Of a DNA stretch of 64,000 nucleotides, positions 38,897-50,350 are shown one piece after another. The notes beneath the pieces were generated by a model. The model saw nothing but the letters and a program-made list of their open reading frames with translations. It did not search any database and was not told the origin of the DNA. A program made the translations under genes and the position numbers. This DNA is from Chloroflexota bacterium (GTDB lineage: Bacteria > Chloroflexota > UBA6077 > FW602-bin22 > JACPRP01): assembly GCA_016189905.1 (NCBI GenBank), contig JACPRP010000019.1, positions 7,171 to 71,170 of the forward strand. The letters are read 5' to 3'. How positions within the stretch are numbered: the stretch's first letter is position 1; each line of letters opens with the position of its first letter.

Positions 38897-41650
38897 TTAG
38901 CCGCTGCAGTTTCTGTGCCAGGTCGAACGCTTCTTGTACTCGACCGGCCACCACAGCTTGCTGAACTCGACGATTGTGGCGGGAGCGAGGGCAGCCGCGA
39001 TTACGACGGCCCAATCAGATTGTGCCAGTGGGACGGTGCGCAGCACCACCTGCAACGGGGGAGCATAAAGGCCAGCTAACTGCAACGACAGCGCAACCGC
39101 GAACGCGATCCAGATGAACGGGTTTCGCCTGCGCTGGTTGTTACGAAAGAGGCAATGCTCGGAGCGGGAGTTGAACATATGGAGCAAGAGGCCCAACGCG
39201 AGGGCTGCAAATGCGACGGTAATGGCTCTAGATGGATTCTGGCCGAGCACCCACATATACGCCACGACCGTGGCCGAAGCAATTAGCAGACTCCTCCAGA
39301 GGATCGAGGCTAACAAACGCGCTGTGAGGATAGGCTCGTGAGGATCGCGCGGCGGCTCTTCCATTACGTGAGAGCTTCCCGGCTCAAGCGCCAACCCCAT
39401 GGCTGGAAAGACGTGGACGATGACGTTGAGGTAAAGTATCTGGAGCGGCAGCAAAGGCAGACCGATATCCAACGGGATGGCTATCAGCACGACGAATATG
39501 GCGCTGAAACTCGCGGTAAGAAGAAACCTGATCGCGCGCCTGATGTTGGAGTAGATGACCCGGCCCTGCTCTATGGCGACGACGATGGTCGCGAAATTGT
39601 CGTCGGTAATGACCATATGCGCGGCTTCTTTGGCCACGTCTGCCCCGCGCTCACTCATCGCGATGCCGATGTGCGCCGCTCGTAGAGCCGGGGCATCGTT
39701 AACGCCATCTCCAGTCATCGCCACAATTTCGCCTTCTCTTTGCAAGGCTCTTACGATGAGCAGCTTGTCCCGCGGCGCAATGCGCGCAAACACGCTCACG
39801 CGCTCGAGAAGCCCGCGCGCGGCGTCGGTGTCCAGTCCGGCAAGATTGCGCGCATCCATCGCTTCGATCTTACCGCCCAGGCCGATGCCAAGCTCCCTCG
39901 CCACGGCCACCGCCGTCAGAAGCTGATCGCCGGTGATCATCACCGTCCGTATGCCCGCCCGCCAGCAGCGTTCGATCGCCTCCTTAACCCCTGGACGCGG
40001 TGGGTCGCTGGCGCCGGCCAGCGCGACGAGGACAAGCTGTCCCGTCTCCGCCGGCTTCGCAGACGCCGACAGCCCCTCTCGATATCCCAGGGCCATAACG
40101 CGGAGCCCTCTCTCAGCCAGTAGGCAGTTCTGTCTCTCTAGCGCGGCCCTCACCTCCGTGGCCATCTCACGTGGACCTTCCATCGTCAGCACATTGGAAG
40201 CAGCAGGGAGAATTATCTCAGGCGCGCCTTTCACGAATGCGACGACATCCCCTTCCGGCGTCCTATTGAGCGTGACCATCCGCTTTGTCGTTTCATCAAA
40301 GGGAGCCTCGGCGACCCTTGGGAAGGCTTCCGCCAGAAGCTCCTTTGCGACCCCGCCCTTCGCTCCAGCGACAAGCAGCGCCGCTTCCCCCGCGTCGCCG
40401 TGTACGTGCCAGCCCAGTTCCGGGTCCAGCTCAAGCGTGGCGTTGTTGCACAGAACGCCGACTTGCAGCGCAATCGCCAACCGCCGGTCACGTGTCGGGT
40501 CAACCTCCTGGCCATCCACGAGAAACTGACCCCGTGGCTCATAGCCCACGCCCGTAACCTCGACCATTTTGTCGACGAAGGCATACGTCCTAACCGTCAT
40601 CACGCCCTCCGTGAGCGTCCCGGTCTTATCGGAACAGATCACGGTCGTGCTTCCCAGAGTCTCGACGGCCGGCAAGCGGCGGACGATCGCGTGTCTTCGG
40701 ACCAGATTCCGGAGCCCAAACGCCAGCGCGATCGTCGCTACGGCGGGAAGGCCCTCAGGAATAGCGGCGATAGCCAGCGTGACGGCCGTTTCGAGCAGCA
40801 GGAATGGTGGCTCGTCGTGCCATAACCCGAGCGCGACGACGAAGACGGCGGCGGAAAGGATGGCCCAGACCAGCCGTCTTCCCAGACCCTCGATGGCTCT
40901 TTCCAGTGGGGCCTCTTCGTGCGGCGTCTCGGATATCAGGCGGCCAATCCTCCCCACTTCGGTAGCTGGTCCCGTGGCGGTGACGAGAGCCGTGCCGTGC
41001 CCCTCGGTGACAATGCTGCCCAAGTAGAGCATGTTCTTGCGCTCAGCCAACGGCGTGTCCAGCGGCAGTTCGGCGATCTCCTTTTCCACCCATTCACTTT
41101 CCCCCGTCAGCAGGGATTCATCGACTGTAAGATTGCCCTCTTCGATCAGTCTGGCATCGGCTGGAACGCGTGATCCTGAGGAAAGGATCACGATATCGCC
41201 GGGGACAAGCTCGCTGGCGGGTATCTCCATTTCCTCACTATGCCGCAGGACCCGCGCGGCTGGCGCCGCCAGCTTCTTCAGCGATTGGAGCGCCTGCTCG
41301 GCATGCGACTCGGTCGCGAAGCCGATGAACGCGTTCAGCAGGATCGCGGCAAGAATCGCCAGGGCATCCAGGTTCTCTCCCAGCAAGAACGATATGCCCG
41401 CTGCCACGAGAAGGAGCAGCATTATCAGACTGCGGAATTGCGCGATGAGAAGCTCCCGCCAATCAGGCCCCTTGAGATCGCCAAAGACGTTCGGGCCAAA
41501 CTTCAGTTGGCGGTCCCTGACCTGACTTTCCGAGAGGCCTTTCGCGGGATCGACGTCGAGAATCTGAGCGACCTCGTGTGGATCGAGGCTGTGCCAATGT
41601 ACGTTGGCATAGGCCGTGTGAACTTGTTCAGACCTGGCCAAAACCTTCAC
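38897..41650 (-). CDS. P-type ATPase, P2 (Ca2+/cation-transporting) type
   Basis: CSDKTGTLTEG phosphorylation motif, TGES, MTGDGVNDAPAL, 917 aa with 10 TM-like segments. Confidence 0.9.
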   Translation of the reverse strand: MKVLARSEQVHTAYANVHWHSLDPHEVAQILDVDPAKGLSESQVRDRQLKFGPNVFGDLKGPDWRELLIAQFRSLIMLLLLVAAGISFLLGENLDALAILAAILLNAFIGFATESHAEQALQSLKKLAAPAARVLRHSEEMEIPASELVPGDIVILSSGSRVPADARLIEEGNLTVDESLLTGESEWVEKEIAELPLDTPLAERKNMLYLGSIVTEGHGTALVTATGPATEVGRIGRLISETPHEEAPLERAIEGLGRRLVWAILSAAVFVVALGLWHDEPPFLLLETAVTLAIAAIPEGLPAVATIALAFGLRNLVRRHAIVRRLPAVETLGSTTVICSDKTGTLTEGVMTVRTYAFVDKMVEVTGVGYEPRGQFLVDGQEVDPTRDRRLAIALQVGVLCNNATLELDPELGWHVHGDAGEAALLVAGAKGGVAKELLAEAFPRVAEAPFDETTKRMVTLNRTPEGDVVAFVKGAPEIILPAASNVLTMEGPREMATEVRAALERQNCLLAERGLRVMALGYREGLSASAKPAETGQLVLVALAGASDPPRPGVKEAIERCWRAGIRTVMITGDQLLTAVAVARELGIGLGGKIEAMDARNLAGLDTDAARGLLERVSVFARIAPRDKLLIVRALQREGEIVAMTGDGVNDAPALRAAHIGIAMSERGADVAKEAAHMVITDDNFATIVVAIEQGRVIYSNIRRAIRFLLTASFSAIFVVLIAIPLDIGLPLLPLQILYLNVIVHVFPAMGLALEPGSSHVMEEPPRDPHEPILTARLLASILWRSLLIASATVVAYMWVLGQNPSRAITVAFAALALGLLLHMFNSRSEHCLFRNNQRRRNPFIWIAFAVALSLQLAGLYAPPLQVVLRTVPLAQSDWAVVIAAALAPATIVEFSKLWWPVEYKKRSTWHRNCSG

Positions 41651-41737
41651 CCTTTCTGTCCACGACGACTCTCAGCACAAACCATTCCAGAATAGTCTGG
41701 CACGAATCCTGCGACCCCTTAAGTGGTGGAGGCTAAG

Positions 41738-42913
41738 ATGATAAAAGGTAAGAGCGTGATCGGGCGGCCCGTACTGAGCTACGACAGCGGTAAGAGACTG
41801 GGGATGGTCAGGGAGGCCCTGCTCGAGCCAGAGCAGCGGCGCGTTCTGGCTTTTCTGGTGGACGGGAGAGATTGGAATGGAGAGACCCGGGCGATACCGT
41901 TCGGTTCCGTTAAGGCAGTCGGACGGGACGCGGTGATCGTTCCCAACGAACAGGCCATCGTCCATGTTTCCGAGGTCCGCGAAATCGAAGCGGCTCTGAC
42001 CTCTCGCACCACGATTACCGGCTTGCGCATGTTCACCGAGGACGGACGCGACATTGGCATTATCGAAGACGTGTACTTTGACGCGCCCACAGGAGAGGTG
42101 AAGGGCTTCGAGGTTTCGGGAGGGCTTCTGACCAGAGTCCGACGCGGCAGGCTCTTCGTGCCACTGCCGTCATCCCTTCGAATAGGCGAGGAATTCGTTT
42201 TCGTTCCCTCCGAGACAGGCACGCGGGTCGAGGAGGTAGAAGAGGGGATTGGCCCGACGCTTGAAGATATGCGCACTACCAGCGAAGAGCTACTCAGGAG
42301 AGTGAGCGAAGAGCTGGATAGACTTCGCGAGGTGGCGCTGAAAGCTTCAGTCGAACAGCAGAGGAAGTTCGTGATCGGCAAGGTTGCCGATCGATCCGTG
42401 TTCGCGCCGGATGGCTCGTCGATCGTGCAGCAGGGAGAGGTCATCGACGAGCAGGCGGCCGCCGAGGCGGAGATGAAAGGCGTGCTGCGCGAGATGGTGC
42501 TGGCAGCCGGCACGAGCGTGGCCAAGAACACCTTCGATAGGCTGCGCGACGAGACCGTGCGGGCCTTCGGCGAAGCACGGAGAACGATCGAGCGACAGCG
42601 GGCGGCGCGAAGAGGCAAAGAAGAAGGCGAGGAAGTGAGCGAAGAAAACGTCCCTCGTGAAAACCGCGCACTCGGCAGGCCGGTTACGCGCGTGGTCTTC
42701 GACCAGGATGAAAGGGTGATCCTGAACGCGGGAGACATCGTGACCCACGAGTCGATCGAGCGAGCGCGCCAGGCCGGCATGCTCGAAGATCTCCTCTCCG
42801 CCGTGTCCAAAGAGGAGCCGAGGTTCAGCGCGGAAGAGCGCCGGGCCCACACACCGGGCGAGATGCGCGCCAAACGGGCTGAAGAGGTCGAGGAGAGGGA
42901 GATCGAGGATTAG
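41738..42913 (+). CDS. PRC-barrel domain protein with long charged coiled C-terminal region
   Basis: Two PRC-barrel-like segments (GRPVLSYDSGKRLGMV..., GLRMFTEDGRDIGIIEDVYF). ATG 41738 behind GGAGG. The C-terminus is highly charged. Confidence 0.7.
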   Translation: MIKGKSVIGRPVLSYDSGKRLGMVREALLEPEQRRVLAFLVDGRDWNGETRAIPFGSVKAVGRDAVIVPNEQAIVHVSEVREIEAALTSRTTITGLRMFTEDGRDIGIIEDVYFDAPTGEVKGFEVSGGLLTRVRRGRLFVPLPSSLRIGEEFVFVPSETGTRVEEVEEGIGPTLEDMRTTSEELLRRVSEELDRLREVALKASVEQQRKFVIGKVADRSVFAPDGSSIVQQGEVIDEQAAAEAEMKGVLREMVLAAGTSVAKNTFDRLRDETVRAFGEARRTIERQRAARRGKEEGEEVSEENVPRENRALGRPVTRVVFDQDERVILNAGDIVTHESIERARQAGMLEDLLSAVSKEEPRFSAEERRAHTPGEMRAKRAEEVEEREIED

Positions 42914-42991
42914 CCGGCGAGACCGTATCATTCATGCCCGGGTCTTGTCGCAATAGGGCGTTCAACGCGGAGGCGCGGAGGCAGAATGATG

Positions 42992-44794
<1,803 letters not shown>

Positions 44795-44910
44795 CGAATG
44801 AAAGTATACATTATTCTGGCGAGAAAGGGAAAACAGTTGCATATCACGGCCTAGCTTTCGGCTTCTTTCCCGTCTACGGCGGTTTCCGTTGTCTGGACGG
44901 TTTGTGACGG

Positions 44911-45060
44911 GGAAATTGGGTTTGTTTGGCAGAAAACGGTCGCGGGGCAGTCCGAGAGAGGTCGGACTCCTTCGGAAAAGCCGCCGCGCCGGGTCGGTGA
45001 GCGAGGAATTGGCTTTGTTCGGTAGAAGCAGGAGGTTTCGGCGTCCTTCGGCGGAAGGAC
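44911..45060. repeat. Two ~92-bp tandem REP-like units ending in the GTCCTTCGGCGGAAGGAC hairpin
   Basis: GGAAATTGGGTTTGTTTGGCAGAA (44911) vs GGAATTGGCTTTGTTCGGTAGAA (45005). The 18-nt hairpin core at 45043-45060 is identical to 52547-52564. Confidence 0.6.
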
Positions 45061-45062
45061 GA

Positions 45063-45098
45063 AGGGCGCAAAGAAATCAATAGGGGTCTTTGCGCCCT
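45063..45098 (-). terminator. Hairpin downstream of the small Cys/His-rich ORF
   Basis: 12-bp perfect stem AGGGCGCAAAGA / TCTTTGCGCCCT with a 12-nt loop, 42 nt past the stop of the 45140-45292 ORF. The U-tract is weak. Confidence 0.45.
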
Positions 45099-45139
45099 CT
45101 GGGGTGAAAGTTCTTGCCATATGCGCCAATGCGGCATTC

Positions 45140-45292
45140 TCAAGCCGTTTCCGGTTCCTTGTGTTCGGGGCAGATGTGGTCAGCGTGGTGGTCGGACATT
45201 GGCATGTCCTGGAAGGCGCAACGATGTGGCTTTTCGCTCCCAGGATACACGTTGGCCTGAAAGAAGTGACAAGTTCGACAGACTCCTGCCAT
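45140..45292 (-). CDS. Unlisted 50-aa Cys/His-rich small protein (putative metal-binding)
   Basis: My own reverse-complement translation is MAGVCRTCHFFQANVYPGSEKPHRCAFQDMPMSDHHADHICPEHKEPETA. GGAGGT lies 10 nt upstream of the ATG and a hairpin lies downstream. At 50 aa it is shorter than any ORF listed in the supplied track. Confidence 0.5.
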   Translation of the reverse strand: MAGVCRTCHFFQANVYPGSEKPHRCAFQDMPMSDHHADHICPEHKEPETA

Positions 45293-45619
45293 TTGTTGGT
45301 TACCTCCAGATGGTTTTCGTTGAGCCCTTATCGAAGCGACCTTCGCAAGCGGCTTGCGGTATCATACCATAAATGCCCGCCGGACGAATGTGACATTAGT
45401 CGCAAAAAGCCTCGCCGCTCTGATGGCCTCGCGGATGATCGGTTTGGGGGATTGCCTGAAGAAGAAGCGGGCGGTGTTTTTCGATGGCCGGGCTAACACG
45501 GTCGCGAACGTGTTGGACGACGGCTTCGGGCAGGCACGAGATAATACTCTTTCCACACGGTTCTCTCGTGTTCAACGCGAGGGAGCGCAACCACGGAGTA
45601 CACGGAAAACGCGAAGGGA

Positions 45620-46246
45620 ATGAGTATAAGCCCTTCAGCCCCGGATACCCAGCAACGGTGGTCAAGAACTCGCTTGCCTTTTTTTGAGATGGGTCTTAAT
45701 AGCAGAGAGCTAACAGGCTGTAGGCAAGCGTCTATCCGCATTTGCGAGTCCACTTCAAAGAAGTTCTCGCCACATTCCAATGCATACAACCCACTCCGGC
45801 TTAGCGGTGAGGCAATAATATTACCCTGAACACTGCGGTACTATTCCAGGCTTCGGAACCTCGTGAACGAGTTGGGTTTTGTTGGCCCGATACTCTGGAC
45901 CGAACTCGTTAAGTGCGAGAACGGGGCCGATAACAAGTTGCCCCCGATTCAAACGTTCCGGACTTGCACCGAGATGTATTTGAACAGAGAGCTGCAGTCT
46001 ATACCTCACGATTGGCCGCTAATTGCCATCGGTTATGAGGCATATAAGGCCATGGCCTACATCCACCCGAGCCGAATAGTGATCGGCATTCCGCATCCGA
46101 CCGCCTCCCGCGGCCAGTTCTCGAAGCTCTTTGATCAAAAAAAGCTACGGCATGAGTTTAGACTATTTATCGACGATTGGTGGGATGGGAAGGCTCGAAA
46201 AGCTGGTTGGGCCGACACGAGCCAGGGGCACTATGGCTACCGCTAG
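45620..46246 (+). pseudogene. Uracil-DNA-glycosylase-superfamily-like gene interrupted by an in-frame TGA (45827-45829)
   Basis: The downstream part (45863-46246) has ELVKCEN...C...LNRELQ...LIAIGYEAY...GIPHPTASRG, which resembles UDG family 4/5 core and HP[ST] motifs. The upstream ORF (45620-45829) is in the same frame and ends in SGEAIILP, where a GEAPG-type motif would be expected. Local GC is lower than the surroundings. Confidence 0.35.
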
Positions 46247-46309
46247 TTTGATGTATTCCCACTGATTGAATAACATTATCGCCAAATACCCGATCTCGGG
46301 AACGGATTC

Positions 46310-46338
46310 TTGACAGAACCCCGACGCTTGCTTATAAT
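46310..46338 (+). promoter_or_regulatory. Perfect consensus promoter TTGACA-17-TATAAT upstream of the UbiD-family gene
   Basis: TTGACA at 46310-46315 and TATAAT at 46333-46338. It predicts a ~155-nt leader. Confidence 0.7.
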
Positions 46339-46498
46339 GCGGTCTATCAAGCCCACATTTGCATCTTCGATCCTGGTTTTTAGATGGATCGGCTGGCAGA
46401 TCGTTGGGGATGCCTCGGTTTTCTTCTTTATTGACTGTACGCATCTCCTGTCTTTGATGAAAACATTCCGTGAGCCGACTTGAAGTATGTCCTAGGGG

Positions 46499-47929
46499 GT
46501 GGCAATGGCCGTCAGCGATTTGCACACGTATTTGGCAGAACTGGAGAGGGAACATCCTGGAGAGGTCGTGCACGTTCACCGGCAGATCGACCACGCTTAT
46601 GAGGTGACCGCCATAGTGTCGCAACTGGATCGCGAGAACAGGCACCCGGTGCTTGTCTTCCACAACATCAACACGCCTTCGGGGGCAAAATCCAAGATAC
46701 CGGTGGTGACCAATCTGTTCGGCAGCCGGCGGAGGACTGCGCTGGCCCTTGGCTCGACGCTCGAAAAGGTGGGCAGCGATTATTACCGCAGGGCGAGCCA
46801 GCCGCGCGAACCGGTGGTGCTCACGGACCGACGAGAGGCTCCCGTGAAGCAGGTGATCCAAAAAGGAAACGAGGTCGACCTCTACGAGATGCCGGCGCTG
46901 GTGCACCACGACACCGATCCGGGACCGTACTTCACTGCCGCCTACATCACATCCTACGACATTGACACTGGCATCGACAACTCGGCGATGCAGCGGGGCT
47001 GGATGAGGACCAGGAACGAGATAAGGGTATCGCTCAACCCGCACTGTCACAATATGCTCAATTTACGCAAGCACGAGAGACTCAATAAAGATATGAAGGT
47101 GGCCTACTGGTCAGGGCACCATCCCGCCGCGCTGCTGGGCGCACAAACCAGATTTGCCTATCCCTGGAGCCACTATGGCTCTGCCGGTGGCTTGCTGAGC
47201 GAACCGCTAAGGCTGGTGCCCTCGGAGACGCTGGGGGATGATTTCCTCGTTCCCGCCGACGCCGAGGTCGTCGTGGAAGGCATAATGAAGGCCCACCGGC
47301 GGGTGGCGGAGGGTCCATTTGGGGAGTACACCGGCTACGTCGGCCCGCAGACCGCCAACCCCCTCTTCGAGGTCACGGCGATTACCCGACGGGAAGACGC
47401 GTACTGGCACGACATCGCGGTTGGCTATACTGATATCCAATCGATGATGGCCCTGGCTGCCGAGGGCGCGCTCGCGGATTCGCTCAAGCGCAGGATTCCT
47501 TCGTTTCGCAACGTGTGCGTGCCTGCCTCTGGCGTGACCTTTCACGCCTACGTCCAACTGGCCAATCCTCAGCCTGGCGAAGCCCGGGACGCGATCATGT
47601 GCGCGGTGGAGGCCCAACCAGGGTTAAAGCACGTCTTCGTGGTCGACGAGGACGTGAACGTATTCAACGAGAAGGAGGTCCTGTGGGCGATCGCCACTCG
47701 ATCTCAATGGGACCGCGACGCGATGGTTTTCACCGGGCTAAGGGGGATACGCTTAGACCCTTCGGCAGGCGAGCACACGACTACCAAGGCCGGTCTCGAT
47801 TGCACCAAGCCGTTCGACGGGCCGTTTCCCACGAGGTGCAAGATACCCGAAGAGGTGGGCCAGCGGATTCAACTGACGGATTACATCGCCGCGGAAACGC
47901 TTGCAAGCATCCCAACCGAACGCGAGTAG
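46499..47929 (+). CDS. UbiD-family (prenylated-FMN-dependent) decarboxylase
   Basis: 476 aa with overall UbiD-like sequence (e.g. EGPFGEYTGY, the characteristic E-x-P-x-G-E motif region). The start is GTG 46499 or ATG 46505. Confidence 0.8.
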   Translation: MAMAVSDLHTYLAELEREHPGEVVHVHRQIDHAYEVTAIVSQLDRENRHPVLVFHNINTPSGAKSKIPVVTNLFGSRRRTALALGSTLEKVGSDYYRRASQPREPVVLTDRREAPVKQVIQKGNEVDLYEMPALVHHDTDPGPYFTAAYITSYDIDTGIDNSAMQRGWMRTRNEIRVSLNPHCHNMLNLRKHERLNKDMKVAYWSGHHPAALLGAQTRFAYPWSHYGSAGGLLSEPLRLVPSETLGDDFLVPADAEVVVEGIMKAHRRVAEGPFGEYTGYVGPQTANPLFEVTAITRREDAYWHDIAVGYTDIQSMMALAAEGALADSLKRRIPSFRNVCVPASGVTFHAYVQLANPQPGEARDAIMCAVEAQPGLKHVFVVDEDVNVFNEKEVLWAIATRSQWDRDAMVFTGLRGIRLDPSAGEHTTTKAGLDCTKPFDGPFPTRCKIPEEVGQRIQLTDYIAAETLASIPTERE

Positions 47930-47940
47930 GAGGCAGTGAA

Positions 47941-48105
47941 ATGGCGGAGATACATGAGGTGGCGTGTCCGGCCTGCGGGTACGGGTATTATGTCAGCAAG
48001 GTTGTCTTCAGGGTAAAGGACTTCGCCTGCATTTGCCCGAAGTGCAAGCATGAGTTTCGCCCGGAGGAGTCGATTGGCGATATGGAGCGCGGCGAGCAGG
48101 GGTGA
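47941..48105 (+). CDS. 54-aa zinc-ribbon protein
   Basis: MAEIHEVACPACGYGYYV...CICPKCKHEF gives CxxC...CxxC. A GGAGG RBS lies 6-7 nt upstream, and the gene starts 11 nt after the UbiD stop. Confidence 0.6.
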   Translation: MAEIHEVACPACGYGYYVSKVVFRVKDFACICPKCKHEFRPEESIGDMERGEQG

Positions 48106-48173
48106 GGGTTAATGTTGGCGTGCACGATGGAGAGGGGACGACCGTCGTATGCCGCCTTGATGGCTTGGAGTAA

Positions 48174-48428
48174 TCAAGAATCGCTCAAGATGCTCAGTGT
48201 CTCGCTATCTGACTGGATAAACTGCGCAATCACATCCTCGCACTGAAGGTCGGGCCATTCTTCCTTTATGAAATCGATGACACTGGACACGGGCCAGGGG
48301 CCAAGTGATGTCATATAGTCATCGTACTCGTCGGAGACCTCCCTCCAACTCATATGCGATTTCCTGGATAGTATAATACCGCTGTGCAGGATCACTATGT
48401 GAAGTAATTGTTCTTCAGGGCTCATCAT
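48174..48428 (-). CDS. Hypothetical small acidic protein
   Basis: 84-aa ORF in a lower-GC segment. No motif was recognised. Confidence 0.35.
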   Translation of the reverse strand: MMSPEEQLLHIVILHSGIILSRKSHMSWREVSDEYDDYMTSLGPWPVSSVIDFIKEEWPDLQCEDVIAQFIQSDSETLSILSDS

Positions 48429-48555
48429 TGCTCTCCCCCTCTGATGAGGGGATTATACACCATCGTCTGATCACCCGCTGCCACCGCTCGTCGCCCATGC
48501 TGAGCACGCTAAGGCCCGCTGGTCCGTGCTTAGCTTCGCAACGGGAAAGCCTGGC

Positions 48556-48606
48556 TTGACTTCTCGTCCTCCCCGCCGTATACTCCTGACTGATAGTCAT
48601 ATGACT
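48556..48606 (+). promoter_or_regulatory. Promoter TTGACT-17-TATACT with overlapping palindromic TetR-type operator
   Basis: TTGACT at 48556-48561 and TATACT at 48579-48584. The palindromes TGACTGATAGTCA (48587-48599) and AGTCATATGACT (48595-48606) lie immediately downstream. Confidence 0.65.
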
Positions 48607-48654
48607 AAATCATCTTAAATGGTCATTTCCCTGGTCTCGCAAGGAGAAGGACGC

Positions 48655-49395
48655 ATGGTAATTCAGAGCCAGGAAGTAAGTGCACGACGGCAAGAATCAT
48701 CCAGGCGGGAGGAGCGGGCACATCGCATTCTGGACGCGGCCGCGGCGTTGATTATGCGCTGGGGCTACAACAAGACCACCATCGACGATATCGCGAGACA
48801 GGCTGGCGTAGCCAAAGGCACCATTTACCTGCACTGGAAAACGCGAGAGGATCTATTCGCGGCGCTGATTCAACGTGAAGGAATGGCGCTTGGAGAGGAT
48901 TTCAAGCGGCGCATCGCGACGGACCCTGTCGGTGCCACGCTGCAAGGTATATACAAACACACGGCGCTTGCGCTCCTGAAACGCCCGCTGCTGAAGGCGC
49001 TCGTTCTGCGCGATGTGGATGTGCTGGGGAAGCTGGCCCGCAGCCAGCAAACCACTGCCGCCTATGTAGAGAAGCTTACGGGCTTCAAGACCTACATCGA
49101 GTTATTACGGGAACATGGCCAGGTGCGGACCGATATCAGCCTCAAGGCGCAAGTGTATGTGGTGAGCGCTATTCTCACGGGATTCTTCGTCGTAGCGCCG
49201 CTGCTGCCGGTCGAGTACGCGCTTTCCGATGATGAGATGGCAGATCTCATAGGGGAGACGGTGCGCTGCACGCTCGAGTCTGGCCGGGCCGCCTCACCCG
49301 ACGGTTTACAGGCCGCTTCCCACGCCTTTATGCAATACGTGAATCGTGCTATGACGGTTGCAGAGGAGCAACTGCAGCGTGAGCTTGATTCGTAG
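48655..49395 (+). CDS. TetR/AcrR-family transcriptional regulator
   Basis: HTH segment [28 protein letters not shown] 48655 behind AGGAGAAGG. Confidence 0.85.
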   Translation: MVIQSQEVSARRQESSRREERAHRILDAAAALIMRWGYNKTTIDDIARQAGVAKGTIYLHWKTREDLFAALIQREGMALGEDFKRRIATDPVGATLQGIYKHTALALLKRPLLKALVLRDVDVLGKLARSQQTTAAYVEKLTGFKTYIELLREHGQVRTDISLKAQVYVVSAILTGFFVVAPLLPVEYALSDDEMADLIGETVRCTLESGRAASPDGLQAASHAFMQYVNRAMTVAEEQLQRELDS

Positions 49396-49408
49396 AAGGT
49401 GGTGCGCT

Positions 49409-50350
49409 ATGTCGCCAAAAACATCCGCAATCTCGGCATGCGGGCTGGTCAAATCGTACGGTCGGGTGCGCGCCCTGGACGGGCTTGACCTGTCCGTGCG
49501 CACCGGCGAGGTGCACGGCTTTCTGGGTCCGAACGGCGCCGGGAAGACCACGACGATCCGCATCCTTCTCGGCCTACTGCGAGCCGACGCCGGCGAGGCA
49601 CGGCTGCTCGACGGCGATCCGTGGCAGGACGCCGTCGCGCTTCACCGCCGCCTGGCCTACGTGCCCGGCGACGTCGCCCTGTGGCCCGAGCTCTCCGGAG
49701 GCGAGGTGATCGATCTGCTGGGCAGGATGCGCGGTGGGCTCGACCCCAGGCGCCGGGCCAGCTTGCTGGAGCGCTTCGATCTCGACCCGCGCAAGAAATG
49801 CAACGCCTACTCCAAGGGCAATCGGCAGAAGGTGGCCCTGATCGCCGCGCTGGCCTCGGATGTCGAGCTGCTCCTTCTGGACGAGCCGACCGCGGGCCTT
49901 GACCCTTTGATGGAGGCGGTGTTCCGGGACATCATCTCCGAGGAGCGCCGCCGCGGGCGCACGGTGCTGCTCTCCAGCCACATCCTGGCCGAGGTGGAAG
50001 CGACCTGCGACCGGGTCACCATCATCCGCGCCGGGCGCACCGTCGAGAGCGGCACGCTGGCCGAGCTGCGCCACCTGGCACACACCTCCATCTCGGCCGA
50101 ACTGGCAAGCCCGCCCTCCGGGCTGGACAGACTGCCTGGGGTACACAATCTTCAGGTCGAGGGCACCCAAGTGCGCTGCGACGTGGACGCCGAGGGTTTG
50201 AATGGCGTGTTGCACCATCTGACCTCGCTCGGTCTGCGCAGCCTGGTCAGCCAGCCGCCGACGCTGGAAGAGTTATTCATGCGCCACTACCAGATCGAAC
50301 AAGTGGCGGACGCCACCGATAGAGGCGGACAGGCAGAGGTGGACGGATGA
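49409..50350 (+). CDS. ABC transporter ATP-binding protein (ABC-2/DrrA-like)
   Basis: Walker [10 protein letters not shown], signature YSKGNRQK, Walker [13 protein letters not shown]. Confidence 0.9.
   Translation: MSPKTSAISACGLVKSYGRVRALDGLDLSVRTGEVHGFLGPNGAGKTTTIRILLGLLRADAGEARLLDGDPWQDAVALHRRLAYVPGDVALWPELSGGEVIDLLGRMRGGLDPRRRASLLERFDLDPRKKCNAYSKGNRQKVALIAALASDVELLLLDEPTAGLDPLMEAVFRDIISEERRRGRTVLLSSHILAEVEATCDRVTIIRAGRTVESGTLAELRHLAHTSISAELASPPSGLDRLPGVHNLQVEGTQVRCDVDAEGLNGVLHHLTSLGLRSLVSQPPTLEELFMRHYQIEQVADATDRGGQAEVDG

Noticed and set aside
38772-39079. Small ORFs between the L,D-transpeptidase and the P-type ATPase 3' end.
   Set aside because: They overlap the ATPase C-terminus or a short intergenic region, and have no RBS or motif.
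41779-42873. 364-aa ORF antisense to the PRC-barrel gene. Similar long antisense or alternate-frame ORFs occur at 6638-7225, 10184-10969, 14395-14937, 20915-21628, 46163-47050, 49574-50218 and 50853-51581.
   Set aside because: These are typical high-GC shadow ORFs. Their composition is Ser/Arg/Pro/Ala-rich and low-complexity, they have no RBS, and they fully overlap genes that carry strong family motifs on the other strand or frame.
44851-45143. 92-aa and 89-aa minus-strand ORFs upstream of lepA.
   Set aside because: They are composed of the tandem REP-like units (AKQTQF / TNPISP-type artefact peptides) and are not genuine coding sequence.
45104-45496. 130-aa plus-strand ORF overlapping the small Cys/His ORF.
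   Set aside because: It has no RBS and an implausible sequence. The opposite-strand 50-aa ORF has much better start-site and terminator context.
45827-45829. Interpreting the in-frame TGA in the UDG-like gene as selenocysteine or programmed read-through.
   Set aside because: No SECIS-like hairpin is evident immediately downstream, and no Cys-homologous position is expected there. A pseudogene or a sequencing error is the simpler explanation.
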